Below are positions 39,501-53,763 of a stretch of DNA of 64,000 nucleotides, in pieces. How positions within the stretch are numbered: position 1 is the stretch's first letter; every line of letters starts with the position of its first letter. The notes under the pieces are model-generated. The model had not been told where the DNA came from, made no database searches, and worked only from the letters and a program-made list of their open reading frames with translations. The stretch comes from Auanema rhodensis (lineage: Eukaryota > Animalia > Nematoda): contig OZ059898.1 in NCBI GenBank assembly GCA_964057225.1, positions 9,238,001 through 9,302,000 of the forward strand, read 5' to 3'. A program made the translations under genes and the position numbers.

Positions 39501-41975
39501 TGAGAAGAAAAGATTTCAATTTTCATCAAATGTACGTCTTTTTCTATTTGCAATAATGAGAAAGAAAATGAAAAAAAAAATAATAATAAAAAATATTAAA
39601 ATGTTCTATTTTGAAAAATGGTTAAAGATCTAATTTAAAACATAGATCAATGATTTCTTTTTGGTCTTAGATAACTTTTAATATCTCTTCGTCAACTTCT
39701 TTTGCTTCAAAAGGATTTTAAGCATTGAAAGAAGGAGAGTGAGAAAAGTGAAAGAGAGTAAGGGTGAGCGCCTTAGGGCTCAATCAAGTGAAGCAGTCGG
39801 AACATAGAGAGAACAAGAAAGGAAGAGAGAATGAGGGATGTTAGATGAGATCCGGTAAACGTTTATATGCCTTATTCACTGCCATTGGACGGTTTTGCTC
39901 CTTTCAAGTTTATTGTGTTTTATACAAGTGTAGGGAAATACAAGATAAATGGGATTATATTCTTTCTTTTCTTTGAACACATCCTTATACTATATTATTT
40001 TATTTTTTTATAAATATAAATATATTTCAATTTTACTCCAATTTATATTTAGAAAAATAGAATTTTATTTTGAAGGATTAGATAGAAATTTAAAAAAATA
40101 TATATTTTTAACAATTCTAATGGATTATACATAAGCTAACTATATATACATACATATAGTTAGTTTTTTATACTTATATATAAAGTTTATAAAAATTAAA
40201 CTAACCATCTTGAGAAATATAGGCTGGAAGCGGACTAAACTTATATTGTGATGGAGGTGGATTAGAAAATTTTCTAGTTTCGATCATTTTTAAAATATAT
40301 GTCAATAACTGAATATTAGTAAAAAAATAACATAATTTAAAAATATTTTGTGGAAATAGTTCTGAAAAATCGTTTTATATACCAAATCTTGAAAATATGA
40401 GATTCAGCTGAATTTTGTATAAACTCTAAAGTGAAATTCCGAATGAATACCAGATGTTAAAGCTTTAAATTTGATTTTTGTTCAGCTTTAAGATCAAAAA
40501 GAAAATAATATTTTACAATTAGTTTAAAAAATATTCAAAAAAATTTAAAAAATAAATATTTTAGTGATAAAGGAAAGAAAAATGATTTCGGAAAATCTGT
40601 ATTCGACTAGGGTCACAACTCTTTGGTGACTTTACATAAAAGCTCAGTGAATGAAAAAGACGTATTACTCCAAAGCTTGTTGCTCCATAAAGCCTTCTAT
40701 TCTCAAAATGTCTCCGTTTAAAAAAAATATTTATTTCCTATAACTATATAGTCTGTTAAGGAATATTTTATATATAAGGATGTGTTCAAAATAAAAGAAA
40801 AATGTTTAGGTAAGGTTTTTTCATTTATTAACAGCTTTTGAGATAAATAAAAGATTGGCAAATAAAGAAAGATTATATGGCAGATTATCTTATTAGCTAG
40901 CTTTAATTCAGATTCAAGAATCTTAGAAATAAAATATATGAATAAGAATAGTATAGGAGGGAGGAGAAATAGAGTTGAAAACAAAAAGTAAAGTAGTTTA
41001 GGTGGCATCGAAAGAATTAGATTATAGTATTGAGATATGTATGTATGTTCAAGAGCAAAGAAGAGTATGCCGTCATGTATGAAAGTGTTAGCTCTTAAAA
41101 CCTAAAAAGGATAGGGAAGAATCGAGATTCGTCGCTCATAAACTAGATAAGTTGAAGCTTCCTTATCTTAGACTTGTTTGTGAACCGAAATATACTTGAA
41201 AATAGTTAAAATGAAAAAAAAACAAGAAGGAAGTATAGTTTTGGACCAAATCTCATCAAATATTTCTTCAAAACATTACATAATACAAGAATATTTTTGA
41301 ATGTTTGTTTCACAAAAAGTTATTTTAGTTATATCAATACAAAAAAAAATTTCAAAAATAACCGAATTTTGAATATTAAACTCTTTTTTCTGATTACCTT
41401 CCGGTTGTTGAGCCTCAGCATCTTTATCTTCCGGTTCTTTTTCATTTGATTTTTTCAAATCTTCATCGTCAGTATCATCAGATTTTCCAGATATTATTGA
41501 TTTGTTCTATAGAAAGAAGAAAAGATCACTTTCAATAATAAGCAAATGTGAGAAGCCATATGTGCCAAAAATATAATTTATATAAATATAAATATATAAT
41601 TAAATAATCTCAGAATATATATATATATTATTAATATTTAAAACAATGAAAAAGATTGTGAAATAATTCAAAAATAATATGAAATTATCGCTAATTGCTG
41701 TGCAGAAAGTGAGTTGTATGCGTGATAATCAGCAATGTGTGTTTGGCACAAACCTCTTCAAACTGACTTAAGGTTTGCATTGCCATTGTCTCAACCTCAT
41801 CACTGCTAGTAGATAGTAAATCATCATCATCTTTACTGGAAGATGAAGGTAGCATTGCTCCTTCTTGCCCCCCCGACGTTCTTGATGTAACACTCATACG
41901 GTCAGCCAATCGTGTTTCTACACGACTTCCACTACCGTTTGAAGAAAGTGATACAACAGAGTTTCGTGCTGACAT
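30542..41975 (-). CDS. mec-2: MEC-2 stomatin, A-type isoform (core locus)
   Basis: Exon 41975-41754 [15 protein letters not shown]...[25 protein letters not shown] matches the MEC-2A N-terminus. Exon 37802 [23 protein letters not shown]; SPFH domain [16 protein letters not shown]...[14 protein letters not shown]...[17 protein letters not shown]; post-[43 protein letters not shown] and MREAQ...SQLDP|ALLLY. Confidence 0.97.
30946..33605 (-). CDS. mec-2: mec-2 giant alternative exon (MEC-2E-type long disordered C-terminus, ~886 codons)
   Basis: The phase-1 donor after SQLDP (33853) joins TTTGCAG|GA at 33605 in frame with the 889-aa ORF (GSLYDTSRR...). K/E-rich and S/T/P-rich low-complexity sequence; stop at 30946-30948. 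Confidence 0.85.
36460..36532 (-). CDS. mec-2: mec-2 short-isoform (MEC-2B-type) alternative terminal exon
   Basis: Lies in the intron after LQRPAPK(AT|gtaag). TATTGCAG acceptor, phase-2 compatible, encodes [24 protein letters not shown]; AATAAA on the - strand near 36355-36365. Confidence 0.75.
38927..38990 (-). CDS. mec-2: mec-2 alternative first exon ([21 protein letters not shown])
   Basis: ATG-initiated 64 nt exon ending CCAG|gtgag in phase 1, compatible with the common acceptor at 37802. Confidence 0.6.
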
Positions 41976-43471
41976 GATGTAGACGGAATATTACAGGATG
42001 ATGGAACAGTAACTGAATACAGCTATTCCTGCTTGCTTCAGTAAAATACTTAACTCTATTTCGAATAAATATTTTAGATGAAAATCAATATAAATATTAA
42101 TTGAATTTGAAGCTAAACCTATAGTTAGTTTGGGAAAAAAAGGTGTAAATCGATCTTCTGTAGGTTAAAACCTTTTTTTATCTATAGAATTGAGATAGTG
42201 AAAGAAGCAGATGAAGAAACTAAAGCAGGATGGACGAACTAAATAGGAAATAGTTGGGTTAGTTGAATAGCTCAAGAGCATCTTTCAAGCAGATGTCTGA
42301 TTTCAAATGTATGAAAATGGTTCTTCTGAATGTCAATGTAACTGTCGTTATGAGAACGAAGTAGATTAAGAAGCATACCATGCATTGAGGTCATCGGTTG
42401 CTTGTCCCTCTAAGAATCTACACATCTTATTCATTCTTTCTCTGTATATCTCATTGTCTGTTAGTTCAAATACTATGGTTATTCTTCCCACTACGACTAT
42501 CTCTAATGTAGCCATCATTTTCACCCATCATCATCAATTCATACATTAGTATGGATGATCTTTTTCTTTTTCATTCTCTTTCTCTTCTATCTTCCAGATG
42601 TTTCTCTGAGTCCATTTTCTCTTTCTCACTCAGTCTCTGCAGTAATCCTCATGTTTCATTCGAGCAGGCAAGTATAGGGTCTTGCCAGCTCTTTCTTATC
42701 TGACGTAAGAACATCCTTCTTTGCCATTTACAGCATCTAGTTGTCTTCTGTTGATGTCAAATAGTGATGTCTGCGATATGGTAGAAATCAAGAATACATT
42801 AAGCTTTTCCAGTATAATAACATTCAGTTCAAGTTGGTCATATTATTTATGTGAAATATTATGTTTATAGTTAAGTAATTTCTAGTTATTAGTCAGTTTA
42901 TATCTATTTCAAGATTATTTTATTAATTTTTACATAGAAATAAGTATTTCTATATCTGTGTGTTATAATAAAGATTCCCTGATGTTTTAACCATTTCAAT
43001 ACCCTTTATATACATATAACATGATTGTCTCACTATTTTTCTCAAATATGTATATATAACTATGGATATATGTATGTATAAGATGTAATGAATGTTCAAA
43101 AAATAAGAAAAACTCAAAATGAGAAAAGAAATATCTGAATGTATAAAAGAGGATTTATTATGAAAAGCGAAAGTTAGATAGAATATGAAAAATGAAAATT
43201 CAGCCATATGTCAGAGCAATTAATAACAGATTTTTTACATTTATGTTACTGACTGACATTATTTGATCGTTCAAATCTTTCAAAATAAATACTTTAATAT
43301 ATAATAATAATAATATATAAATATTATAAATAATAGTTTGAAAGATTAAGACAAAACTTAAAAGTCATTGCTTTTTCATTCACAAAACTCTTTATCTATG
43401 TATAGAAAACAATTAAAGAATACATGATGTACTTGGTACTTGATGAAAGAACTTTAAAGGATAGTGTGTGT

Positions 43472-43553
<82 letters not shown>
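43472..43553. repeat. (GA)n microsatellite, ~40 units
   Basis: Direct reading; one interruption near 43481. Confidence 0.97.
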
Positions 43554-43555
<2 letters not shown>

Positions 43556-46147
43556 TCAAATATTTCAACTTTTTATTTTTTATAAATAAATATGACAAGA
43601 TTTAGTCAAATATTTATATAAACGAGGGATTAACTATAAGAACAGTTAATACTATAATAACTAATAACTGTCGTAAATTTTCAATAAATATGTAAATACA
43701 TATGTATATACATATATATCCATCTATCTATCTATCTATCTATCTATATATATTGCAATTTTAAATAGAAAAGGAATCATTTTATAAACATTCCCAAATT
43801 CATACCCCCCCCCCTCTCTCTTTAGCCCTTTTCATTCATTTCACTTTTGAAAAAATAATAATAAATTTTTATTATAATATAAGTATTATTAATATATAGT
43901 TTATATATGTTTTTTTTCAAGAAATCAATCTTCTTGAAAGGCTCATAATTTATAAAAAAACTTCATCCACATAGCTTGGAAAGATTACACAAAGCTTGAA
44001 GAATTATTATATTATTCCAATTTAACTTGGCCGAAACCTCATTATATCATGAGTACTTTTATCAGAAAAATCATCGGAAAAGCATAAATTAGCGAGTTGT
44101 TGCTAAGGAATCATTTCATATTCAGGACGAGAAATTACATTGTATTTCATCTTATATGAACTGAGAAACAGATTACTATTTCAAATAGTCTTCTTCTTCT
44201 ATAACTTGAAAATTCAATATAATACTTCATGTAATTTGATAGTAATTTTATTTTTTTATAAATAAATTTCATCTTTCATTTATAAAGTTCTCTTTTCAAA
44301 TACAATATTATATTAAAATTTATGAGAAAATTATTTGAAATAATCATTCAAATCATATCAATTTCCGTCAAATTATTATATAAAAACAAGTTGACTAAAA
44401 ACAATAATGAAAATGAGAAGTTTTAATAAAATATTTCGAAAAGAGTTAGAATAATAAAACATTTTCTCACGAAAAGTATAAGAAATTCAAGAAGAACATG
44501 ATGTTTCAAGTATGTGACTTCAAATTTTCTCAAAGTTTTCATTTATTTATAAAGAAACATGGTTAAATATTTATCTGTCACCTTTCAAATCCTTAAAAGG
44601 GTTTTGTTTTAGAAGGCGAGAGACTAATAAAATGTTGTTATTACTTGATGTTTTTCAAAATCCTCTTCAATGAAGTATTCAAATTACAAATAGATAAGTA
44701 TGAGTCAAAAAAAATAAAATATTTTTATAATATAAACAATGGTTTTTTTAATTAAACAAAAATATTTTTCATTATAAAACTTTCTGAAAAATTATTATGA
44801 GAACATATTGAATTCAATAGAATATTTCAAAGCAAAATGTATATTATACATAGTATATGTATGTATGTACATATGTATATATATATTTTATAAAAATAAA
44901 AAAGAAAAAGATAAAAGATAAAAGAAAGATATATATATATATATATAGAAATATATTTTAAAAACTATAATTTTGAATGTGTACTACTTGAACTTCATGA
45001 TCTTCACATAAAGATAGATTGTATGGAATATGAACAAAGCAAAAAACTATATGTGAATGCTCAATATTCAATTCTATGTCCAATTTAATATTTTTTTGTC
45101 TTTTGAAATTCCGGTTCAGATGAAGTAATATATGTAAGATTTTTTAATTTTTTTACTAAAAATTGTTGTTGCCTTTCATAGAACACGCTTATTTGCTCCT
45201 TATTAGAGAATAATTTGTTTCCTTAAATTAAAAAAGAAAAATTTGTAGAGTTTTACACAATGTTTTTTGGTGGTTGATTGACACCTTAAAGCAGACGAAC
45301 TAATGTCAGAAAAGCGAAGATCGAAGCCTTGGAAAAGACTGAGGATCACTCAATGTTTAATAAATATTTTTCGGATATGTTTGAAATAAACAAATACAAT
45401 TATTAGGAAAATTTTCAATGATCTTTGTGGTTGTCAAGATGTTGAGAATATTTTCTGCCATCTCCTCTGGGAGCTTTTTTCGATTTTATAAAACTAACTG
45501 TGTTTGATGCTGATTGAACTAATTTGGAATCTTCAAACGAAGAAAATTTCAGTGAAGATCTTTCATTAATTGACTTGGACAAAAATTTAAAGAAAGTTTT
45601 CACTCTATTCAACCATCAAGTTTTGCATAAACTTTAACTTTAGATTTTCTGTTCAATCGGAAACGAAATTCTAAAAAAATTCAAAATTTGAACAAAATTT
45701 CAAGGAAATTGTTAATGTTATAGCTGAGCATTTAAAGAATAGAAAAAACTCAAGACAATGGTTATAATAATGAAAGGGAAGTCGGAAACAACTTAGGTCG
45801 TAGTCCGAAGTCTAATGTCAAATTTCTTACGAAATTTCTTTTATTTACACAACAAACTATATATATATATATATATATATACATATCTATGTTATATATA
45901 TAGATATAAATATATATATAACATAGATATAAGTAAATTCCTTTAAGTTTGAGGATTGTTTAACGTACGAAACGTCAAGTTGCTCAGAAAGTGGTTGAAC
46001 TACTTAAATTATCGGCTGCCACTCGTAATAGATCTTTATGGAGAAATAATAAATGCAATATGTATGTATATGATCAACACATCAACAGCAAAATAAATAA
46101 TCACTTTTACTCTTTTTAACCGTAAAAAGGCAAAAAATATCGCTTAC

Positions 46148-46418
46148 CTGACAATAGATCTATGCGTTGTCCCGAAAATTTGCCAATCATGGCGGCTGCC
46201 TCAAATATACTAGGTGGCGTGGGTTTCTTTGGTACTGATCTTAACTTGGCTTCAACTTCTTTCATTCTTTCACTAATACTCCTTTTGCGACTCATAGCTC
46301 CACCGGCACTACTGCCGACTGATAAACTACTCATCTTACGTGGAGCCAAAGGAGAAGTTGACGACGTCAGCTCATCTGATGGTAATAAGCATGACGTTAC
46401 TTCAAGTTGACCATCCAT
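46148..46418 (-). CDS. mec-2: mec-2 alternative first exon (MDGQLEV...GQRIDLLS)
   Basis: 271 nt open exon ending TCAG|gtaagc in phase 1; GC-rich promoter-like patch at ~46650-46770 upstream. Confidence 0.7.
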
Positions 46419-47929
46419 AGATTATGTTATTTGTCAGAAATAAGTTGAGTAATGAAATAGATGAAGTTGTTATGATAGAATAACCAAGAGGTTTTCCGAA
46501 ATTTCTTCTTCTTCGTATGAAAGATATAACTTTTATATATTGAATGAATATCTTCGTAGTCCAAATAACCAATAAGAAATAGAAAATAAATGATGCGCTT
46601 TAGAGAGTAGTATCGATAATGACAATGATGATGATGATGAAAACGAGATCGTTGTACAGCCTGCCCCTCCGGAATCCGGAGAGCGTACACGACGTCCCTA
46701 GGCTACACCGACTCGAAGCCGAAGCTTTCAACTCCTTTTCTCCAGGGGGCGTGGCTAAACCAAATATCCGGAACTATTCATTTTCTTTTGAAATAATTAT
46801 TTTTTAAGAATCAAGTAATAGTATATATCAATTGAAATCACCTAACATTCAAAATTTTTTTTTTCAAATATTATCTGAGTTAATAGAGAAGAATTGAATT
46901 AAGTTATTCAAAAAGAAAATAAAATTGAAAAGCTTCATATGAATTTGTAGTTGTCGTGATTGAAAGCAAGATTGTTGCACCTCAGTAAATAGATAATCAT
47001 CTTTCTTTGAAAACTTTGAAGAAAATATCTTGATAAAGCTTCAAATGAATAATACTTATGCTTAACTTACTTATGCTGACTATATCATGAACAAGCATAA
47101 TTAAGAAATTCAATATACATTTTTTCTTTTTTTGGTGATTTATTCATATAGTATCTTATAATATATTTCCTTAAACATATTCCTTCATCCATTAAGGGAT
47201 CTGCATAGTTGAGGCTGATTGATCATCAATTAGAGTCTAAGAAGCAACTAAGTCCAAGTTCTGACTCAATTTATATCTCAAAAGTAGAATTTTCTCAACA
47301 GTCCAGATACAAGTTGTAAGTTTTAAATATTTGTTCTTTTCAAAAATATATTAAACATATTGTTTTGAAACAATTTGTTGTAATAAATAAAATAAAAACT
47401 TTTTCTTGTTTTTTATATTTTCAAAAAAAAAAATTTAATTGAACTGTTGTTATATTTAATAAATTTAATTTATTTAATATTGTAGTAGAAAAATTATGTC
47501 ACGAATGAATTCCTTTAGAAACTATAAACTCAAAATAAATTGTGTAAAATGTTTTGATGAAAAATTGAAAAATCATGAATAGATATGAGGAATTAATGTG
47601 AAAATAAGTTTTATAAGAATATTCATATTCAAATATATATATTTCTATATAATTTTATAAAATATAAAGTATTTGTAAGATTTTTTAAATTTTATTATAT
47701 AAATATATATATATATATTTATATTTATAATAATAATAATGATTATATAAAATATTTGTTCAATTTAAATTTCAAAAAAAAAAAGAAAATAATTGCCAGT
47801 TTTAGATTTTAACATAAGAATACTACTTATTTTATTTTTATTTATAATAAAAGTTTGTTTCTAAGGACATTTCTAATAAACTTATATTTCAATTAGAACA
47901 ATAGAATATTTATAAATATTTGAACTCAC

Positions 47930-48783
47930 GCTTCTTTGGTTGTTTTCCTTTAGCTGGAAAAAACCGGAAATTTTCCGTTCTTATATTCGGAAGATCAACC
48001 ACCATCGAACCCGATCGAGCATTGATCTGGATACTAGGTAATAAAGTACACAGAAATTACGAGATAAAACAGGAAAAAATCTTATATATATATGATTATA
48101 TTGAGAAATTATTATTTTATTTTTTAAAAAAATTAGATGAGTTGAGAAAAACGCCTGCAATCTCATATAGTAGATCAGAAAAAGAAATTGTTCAACATTC
48201 TTCGTTCAAAAACAATAGTATGAAATCAACTTTGCTTCTTTAACTAAATTTAGAAATTAGTTTACTTACAACTTTTAAATTACTCAAAATAATGAAAAAA
48301 TACTAATATAATGCTTGAGCTTAACTTCTAAAAATAAAATTTCTTTTGAATTGATTGGAAAAAGTTATAAAAAAATTTATATTATAGAATCAATCTAATT
48401 CTTTGATTGAATTGAATTGAATTTATTTGTAAATTATGAGAGTTGTTGGGCAACAATCAATTTTCACTTAGAACGAGAGAACTCTTGGGGATGATGCTGG
48501 ATGACATGAGATGCTTGGGTTTAGAAAACAAAACACTTACCGTTTTAGTTGTTGCCATGATTCGAGTTTCAGGCTTAATTCAGAACAACTCAAATATTAG
48601 AAATTGGTAGAAAAGAGCCGACGTCACTCTGACAGCATTTTGAATATCTCTTTTTTCGTTCTGCTTTTCTCTTTTCACCAAAAGTGTCTCCAAGGGATTT
48701 AGTCTTCGAGGTCCAGCAGTGGACAAGACTGACAACTGGCTCGTTTTGGATGAAGAGAAACAGTGTTTAAACTTGAGATTCAT
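47930..48783 (-). CDS. mec-2: mec-2 alternative 5' exon chain (3 exons)
   Basis: 48783-48628 (MNLKFKHC...IQNAVR), 48573-48541 (PETRIMATTKT) and 48026-47930 (INARSGSMVVDLP...KGKQPKK) splice in frame through GT-AG introns and end in phase 1. Confidence 0.65.
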
Positions 48784-50535
48784 AAGAGAACCGAGCCAAG
48801 CAATCTTGGTATGTTCAAATGAAACTATGCGAGAAATAGTTGAGTAAAATGAGAGTAATAGAGAAAAGATAAAAAGGGTAAATCTCTAATTCGAAATAAA
48901 GGCTTCGCACTTTTCATTTGACTCTCTCTCTCTCTCTTCCTCTCTCCCTCATCTTTCTTCGGTTTTATTCGAGTATCTACTAACGTGCTCTTGATATCTT
49001 TCATATTTCTCTCATCTTGTCATAGGTCTCTTTGAATTCTCCTTATCTTCCGTAAACTTCACAAAGATTATATTTCAGTGAGAAGTTAGTAGTAAGCATA
49101 TTCAAATACACATACGCATATATATGTATGGATATATTCATTTTTTGTATCATTTTACATAATTAAAAATAATTTTAATTTATAAAAATGAATTTTAACT
49201 TTTTATTTTATATTTTTATTAAGAAATAGATAAAACTTAAATTCAAGAAATCAGTTGATTTCATTATTTTAAATAAAATTAAAATATTTTTAGAAAAATA
49301 TATGTAAAATCAGTATATAGTATTAAGCATTAATAAAGAAAATTTATAAAATGTAAGTTGATATATGTGAATGCAGGCGAATATGCGGTGAAAGTCTATC
49401 AAATTTTAGGAAAAGTTTGGAAACGAAGAGAATGAAGTAAAAGATGCACATTGTGAAAAGAAAAAGAGTATATAAGCGTAGAAGATTTTGATCAAGATTT
49501 TTTAAAAAGTATAAAGAAAGATTAAACTACTAGACAAGATGTGTAAAGAGCGCTTTCGATAATTATGGTGACTTCAATTTTTTTGTTCTTCAACACGAAA
49601 AAGTTAAAATTAGTTATGTCGTTATAATAAAATTAAAATTAGAATTGTTCTCAGATGAATGCTGTTAAATGAAAATGCTTTATAAGTATTTCTACAAGAA
49701 ATAAAAACTTAAAAAAAAAACTTTAAAAATATTTAAAAGCTGAAGAATCATGAGATGATATGAGCAAATACTTGGAAACTCAGACATATAGCACATTCGA
49801 TGTTCTAAATTGTCAACGACATCTTGTTTGGATTTTGTTGCCAAACCAAGAAATAGTATAATCGAACAGGAGTTATGTGGTAGCATCACGAGAGATAGGA
49901 ACAGTTAACTACACAGATGGCTTCCATTGGACATGTTGTGAACGTTAAAGAAGTTATTTCAGAAATTTTGAACAAAACAGAAACAAAAACAAGAAATAAG
50001 CTCTAAGAGTTCCTCTAAAGAAAATTATGAGGAGTAAAATTCAGAAGAAGAAGAGTGTTAAGTATGCTTCTCTTCTTTTATATTTTTTTTTTGATTACAC
50101 TTCTCTGAATTTCTTTTTATTTTGTTTCGTAGTGTTTACAAAAATCATTTATATAACTTATATATTCATATTATAAAGTTTTTAAAACTGAATTTTTAAA
50201 AAAAAATAATAAAGATATATAATAAATAATAGTTTTGAAATGTAAAGAATTGGTTGAATGCCGAACTAAGTTGCGAAGAGTTTTACAAAACGAAATCGAA
50301 ACCTGGTGCTTCATCTTGACTTTTCTATCTTCATCATCTTTCGTGATTATCATTTTTCAAAATTGATCTTTAATGACTTATATGAGGTCAATATTATTAT
50401 AAAAATTATAAAAATATCTAAGTATTCTTATGAAAAATATTGATTCAATTTAAAAATGGGAATTAAACGTATAAAATACCTATTTCTAGATATATAATAT
50501 TTGAAAAAAAGGTATTTTCATTACAAACTATATAT

Positions 50536-50562
50536 AGATAGATAGATAGATAGATAGATAGA
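50536..50562. repeat. (AGAT)n tetranucleotide microsatellite
   Basis: Direct reading; a similar (TATC)n run lies at ~43724-43748. Confidence 0.85.
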
Positions 50563-51018
50563 AACCTTATTACGATTATATAAATATCAATTTAAAATTT
50601 AAAATATTAGAAAAAAATGAGAAAAATGCAAATATACTTTAGATTTGATATTTCCATTTCTGTCAGCTCACTCAAAAAGAAGTGGAAATTCTAGTAAAGT
50701 TAGTCAATATATTGAAAAAGCGGATAGAATCACCTTGTATTCATACTAAATCTAGTTAACGAGAGAATCTGATTCTAAGATTCAACTCTATTCAGTCCAA
50801 CATTTTCTTGAAATTATATTTTCTTATTATATAAAACAATAAGTAATAATAATATAAATATAAATATATTTTAATAGAACAATAATTACTATTTTATTAT
50901 AAATTGATATACATACATCAATAATATCCATATTTATATATACTATATATTTAAGTAAATATTCATATTTTTATATTATTTTAGTTATTTTAAGTTTTTA
51001 AAAATTTCTTCAACTTAC

Positions 51019-51073
51019 CTCGAGCCAAATCAACACGAGCCTTTTTTGGCATTTCCCCAGTCATACGAATCAT
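51019..51073 (-). CDS. mec-2: mec-2 alternative first exon (MIRMTGEMPKKARVDLAR)
   Basis: 55 nt, ends CGAG|gtaagt in phase 1; a GC-richer island in very AT-rich DNA. Confidence 0.55.
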
Positions 51074-52384
51074 TTTGTTAACAATTTTTTTGAAACCGGA
51101 TAGTATAAGAATAGTATAATTATGAATAAGTATTTAGTAAAATAATAGAATAATAATATAATTCATCATTTAATGATAAATATATAGTATATTTTAGAAT
51201 TATATATTAGAAAATTAGAAGGAATGTAGTTTAGAATATTATTTTTTAAATCTTTTTTTTTTTGCTGTTTGAATGTATCCTATTGCAGAGAAACGGACAA
51301 TCTGAATAAGTAATGGTACATATGAATGTAGTAGACCAATAACATTGAATACGAAGAAGAAAGATGTCAAATTTATAAAATTGTATGAAAAGAGATATAG
51401 ATTTAAAAAAAAACAGCTGAAGATACGAGAAAGATGAATAGGATGGGATAGAGATGTTGATGATGGCTTGTTGGTTAATTGTCTTTACGCTATATGAAGA
51501 TATAACTGTGAGATACTAAATAAATACATAAATTAAAAGAAATTTAAAATTAAAACCAAAAGAGTGATCAGTAGTACTATTGAGAATTAATTTCACTAAA
51601 TTTGTAATTTCAGCTTCAAACTAAGTTTGGTTTATACCAAATATGGCTAGAAATTGTAGGTAGAATGACAGAAAGTATAAAGAATAAAGTAGACATAGTC
51701 TTGGAATTTTAAAATAAGTAGGCAAAATCGAGAAGCAGTCGATTGGAAATAGACAAAAAGGATTCTGGATAAGCAACGAAGTATCTTCCCTATCCTCGCC
51801 CTTTCATTCCCTCCCTCCCAAGCCAGAGTTTACATCTCTGTATCTGTCTTAGAGCTATTAGACGACAATCAGTTGACGACGTCTATCCCCTAGGCACATA
51901 GACGTCGAATCAACAGCTTGAAGACGTGGAAACCGTTGTTGAAACACAATTTTTCTCTAAATCTCTGTTGTACAACTGGTTATGACCGCGCTCGTACATA
52001 GTCAGTAAAAAGCTCTCAGGACCGATGCATACACGGGGTGTCAAGGGAATCATATGAAATAAAGAATCCTGCTTTCTTGTCTGAATCTCTGTGCATAAGC
52101 TACATAGCCCAGTCATATATCTTAGGCATCTCTTAGATCACAAACTCTTTCCTCTGTGTTGAAAGAGAAAATAAGAGAGAAAGTGAGGAACACGGGAATT
52201 ATAGAGCTATGCACATATGCATGCAAATCAAGAGCCGAGACAAAGAATCAACTACTACAAATTACTAAACCATTGACCTATGGTTTCCAGTATTTTTAGA
52301 AATTAAATAAGTTGTATTGTAAGTTTGTTTTCTTTTTTTTCATTATATTATTTCTATTTTAACAAAAATCAACATCATACGTAC

Positions 52385-53763
52385 CTCCGAACACTTCGTT
52401 TCCATTCTGAATTGCATAGGTTTTCGCCGTGTACTTGTTCAAGTCGCCGCCCTTGAATTCGCTCATCACCGATTTATTGTCACGAGTTCGTTTTTTTGTC
52501 ATGAAAACCTAAATTCCCATACGGAACTTCAACCGCTCCCGATTTTGTTTTGATTTTTTCGAGCAAAATATACTGTAATTTTCCATTGATGGATGTTCAG
52601 AACAGTAATTCGAGATTGTGCGGCTGTTGTGGTCAGTACGGTATTTATGTTATAGTTTTCAATTTAATGGGAATAACTCAAAACGAAAGGAGGAAAAAAA
52701 CAAAATTATTACAACTGGTTCAAATCCATGCTGTTCTTGGAACATACGCAGACGAAAGGACTCATGAGCACTTTTAAATTGGCGAACAGCTTTCAGTGCA
52801 GTTCCACTAGATGATGAAGCCTCTTCTATAATATCACCAGACGCTGATCTCTTTTTCTCTACCGACATGGAACTGTCAAAATACATTTTTTAGTTTTTAA
52901 AATTAAAAATAAAATTTGATTACTGAGATAATTTTTTCTTAATAGAATCCCTATCAATAGAAAATTTGCTGGTTGGTGTTCCAGGAGGTGTCGTAGTGCT
53001 ATGAGAGTATAACATTCGTTTTTTTCTTAATATTTATAATTTTAGAGACACTATTATCAGATTTATTACCCTATATTTGATTCCAATGAGACTAAAGGAT
53101 CTAAACGAGAAGCACTAGCTGGAGAAGTTGGGACAGAAGCTGGTTTAAACTTCTGTTTTTCAGCCTGTAAATGAATATATAATATTTTATATTTTATTAT
53201 ATAAATATATATATATATATATAAACTGATTAATTTTTAAGAGAAAATGTCAACGAAGGTAAGTATATAATAGAAAAGCAATATGATTACTTCACAAAGA
53301 AGCTTAAACGAAATGTTTTCTTTTCTAAATTTGGGCTGTAATAGATTAAGACATGTATCTCAGTACATGATTGTGTAGGTAACTAAAAGACATTTTAAAC
53401 AAGCTGAAGCTCTTTCAACAGATTGAATGAGCAAATTTAGAGAAGATTCTGGCTTCACCAGATCTTGCTCCAATTTCTTTACATTTTCTGCTAATCTTTC
53501 ATTTCTATTAGATCACCTGGACAACAAGGTTTCAAATATAGATAAATGAATATGTATGTATGTATGTATTGATATATAGATTATATATATATATATATCT
53601 TGTAATGTTTTAAAGATATTTTTACAAAAATTAAATATATAAACAACAAATTTTAATATTTTTGTAAATTAATTTTTGTATACTAAGAAGCATAACAGAC
53701 CTTTTCTTTCATTTTTGATGAAATCCATGTGGTATCATCCGCTGAAGAAGCTGTCCAAGACAT
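52385..53763 (-). CDS. mec-2: mec-2 alternative 5' exon chain (5 exons)
   Basis: MSWTASSADDTTWISSKMKEK|AEKQKFKPASVPTSP...|KKRMLYSHSTTTPPGTP...|SMSVEKKR...SFRLRMFQEQHGFEP (52872-52716)|VFMTKKRTRDNK...NEVFG (52508-52385, phase-1 donor). All phases are consistent. Confidence 0.7.

Noticed and set aside
43413-43598. ORF with an SLSLSL run
   Set aside because: Translation of the (GA)n microsatellite.
45415-45612. 65-aa ORF among the mec-2 upstream exons
   Set aside because: Starts at TTG, ends in a stop, and has no suitable donor to join mec-2.
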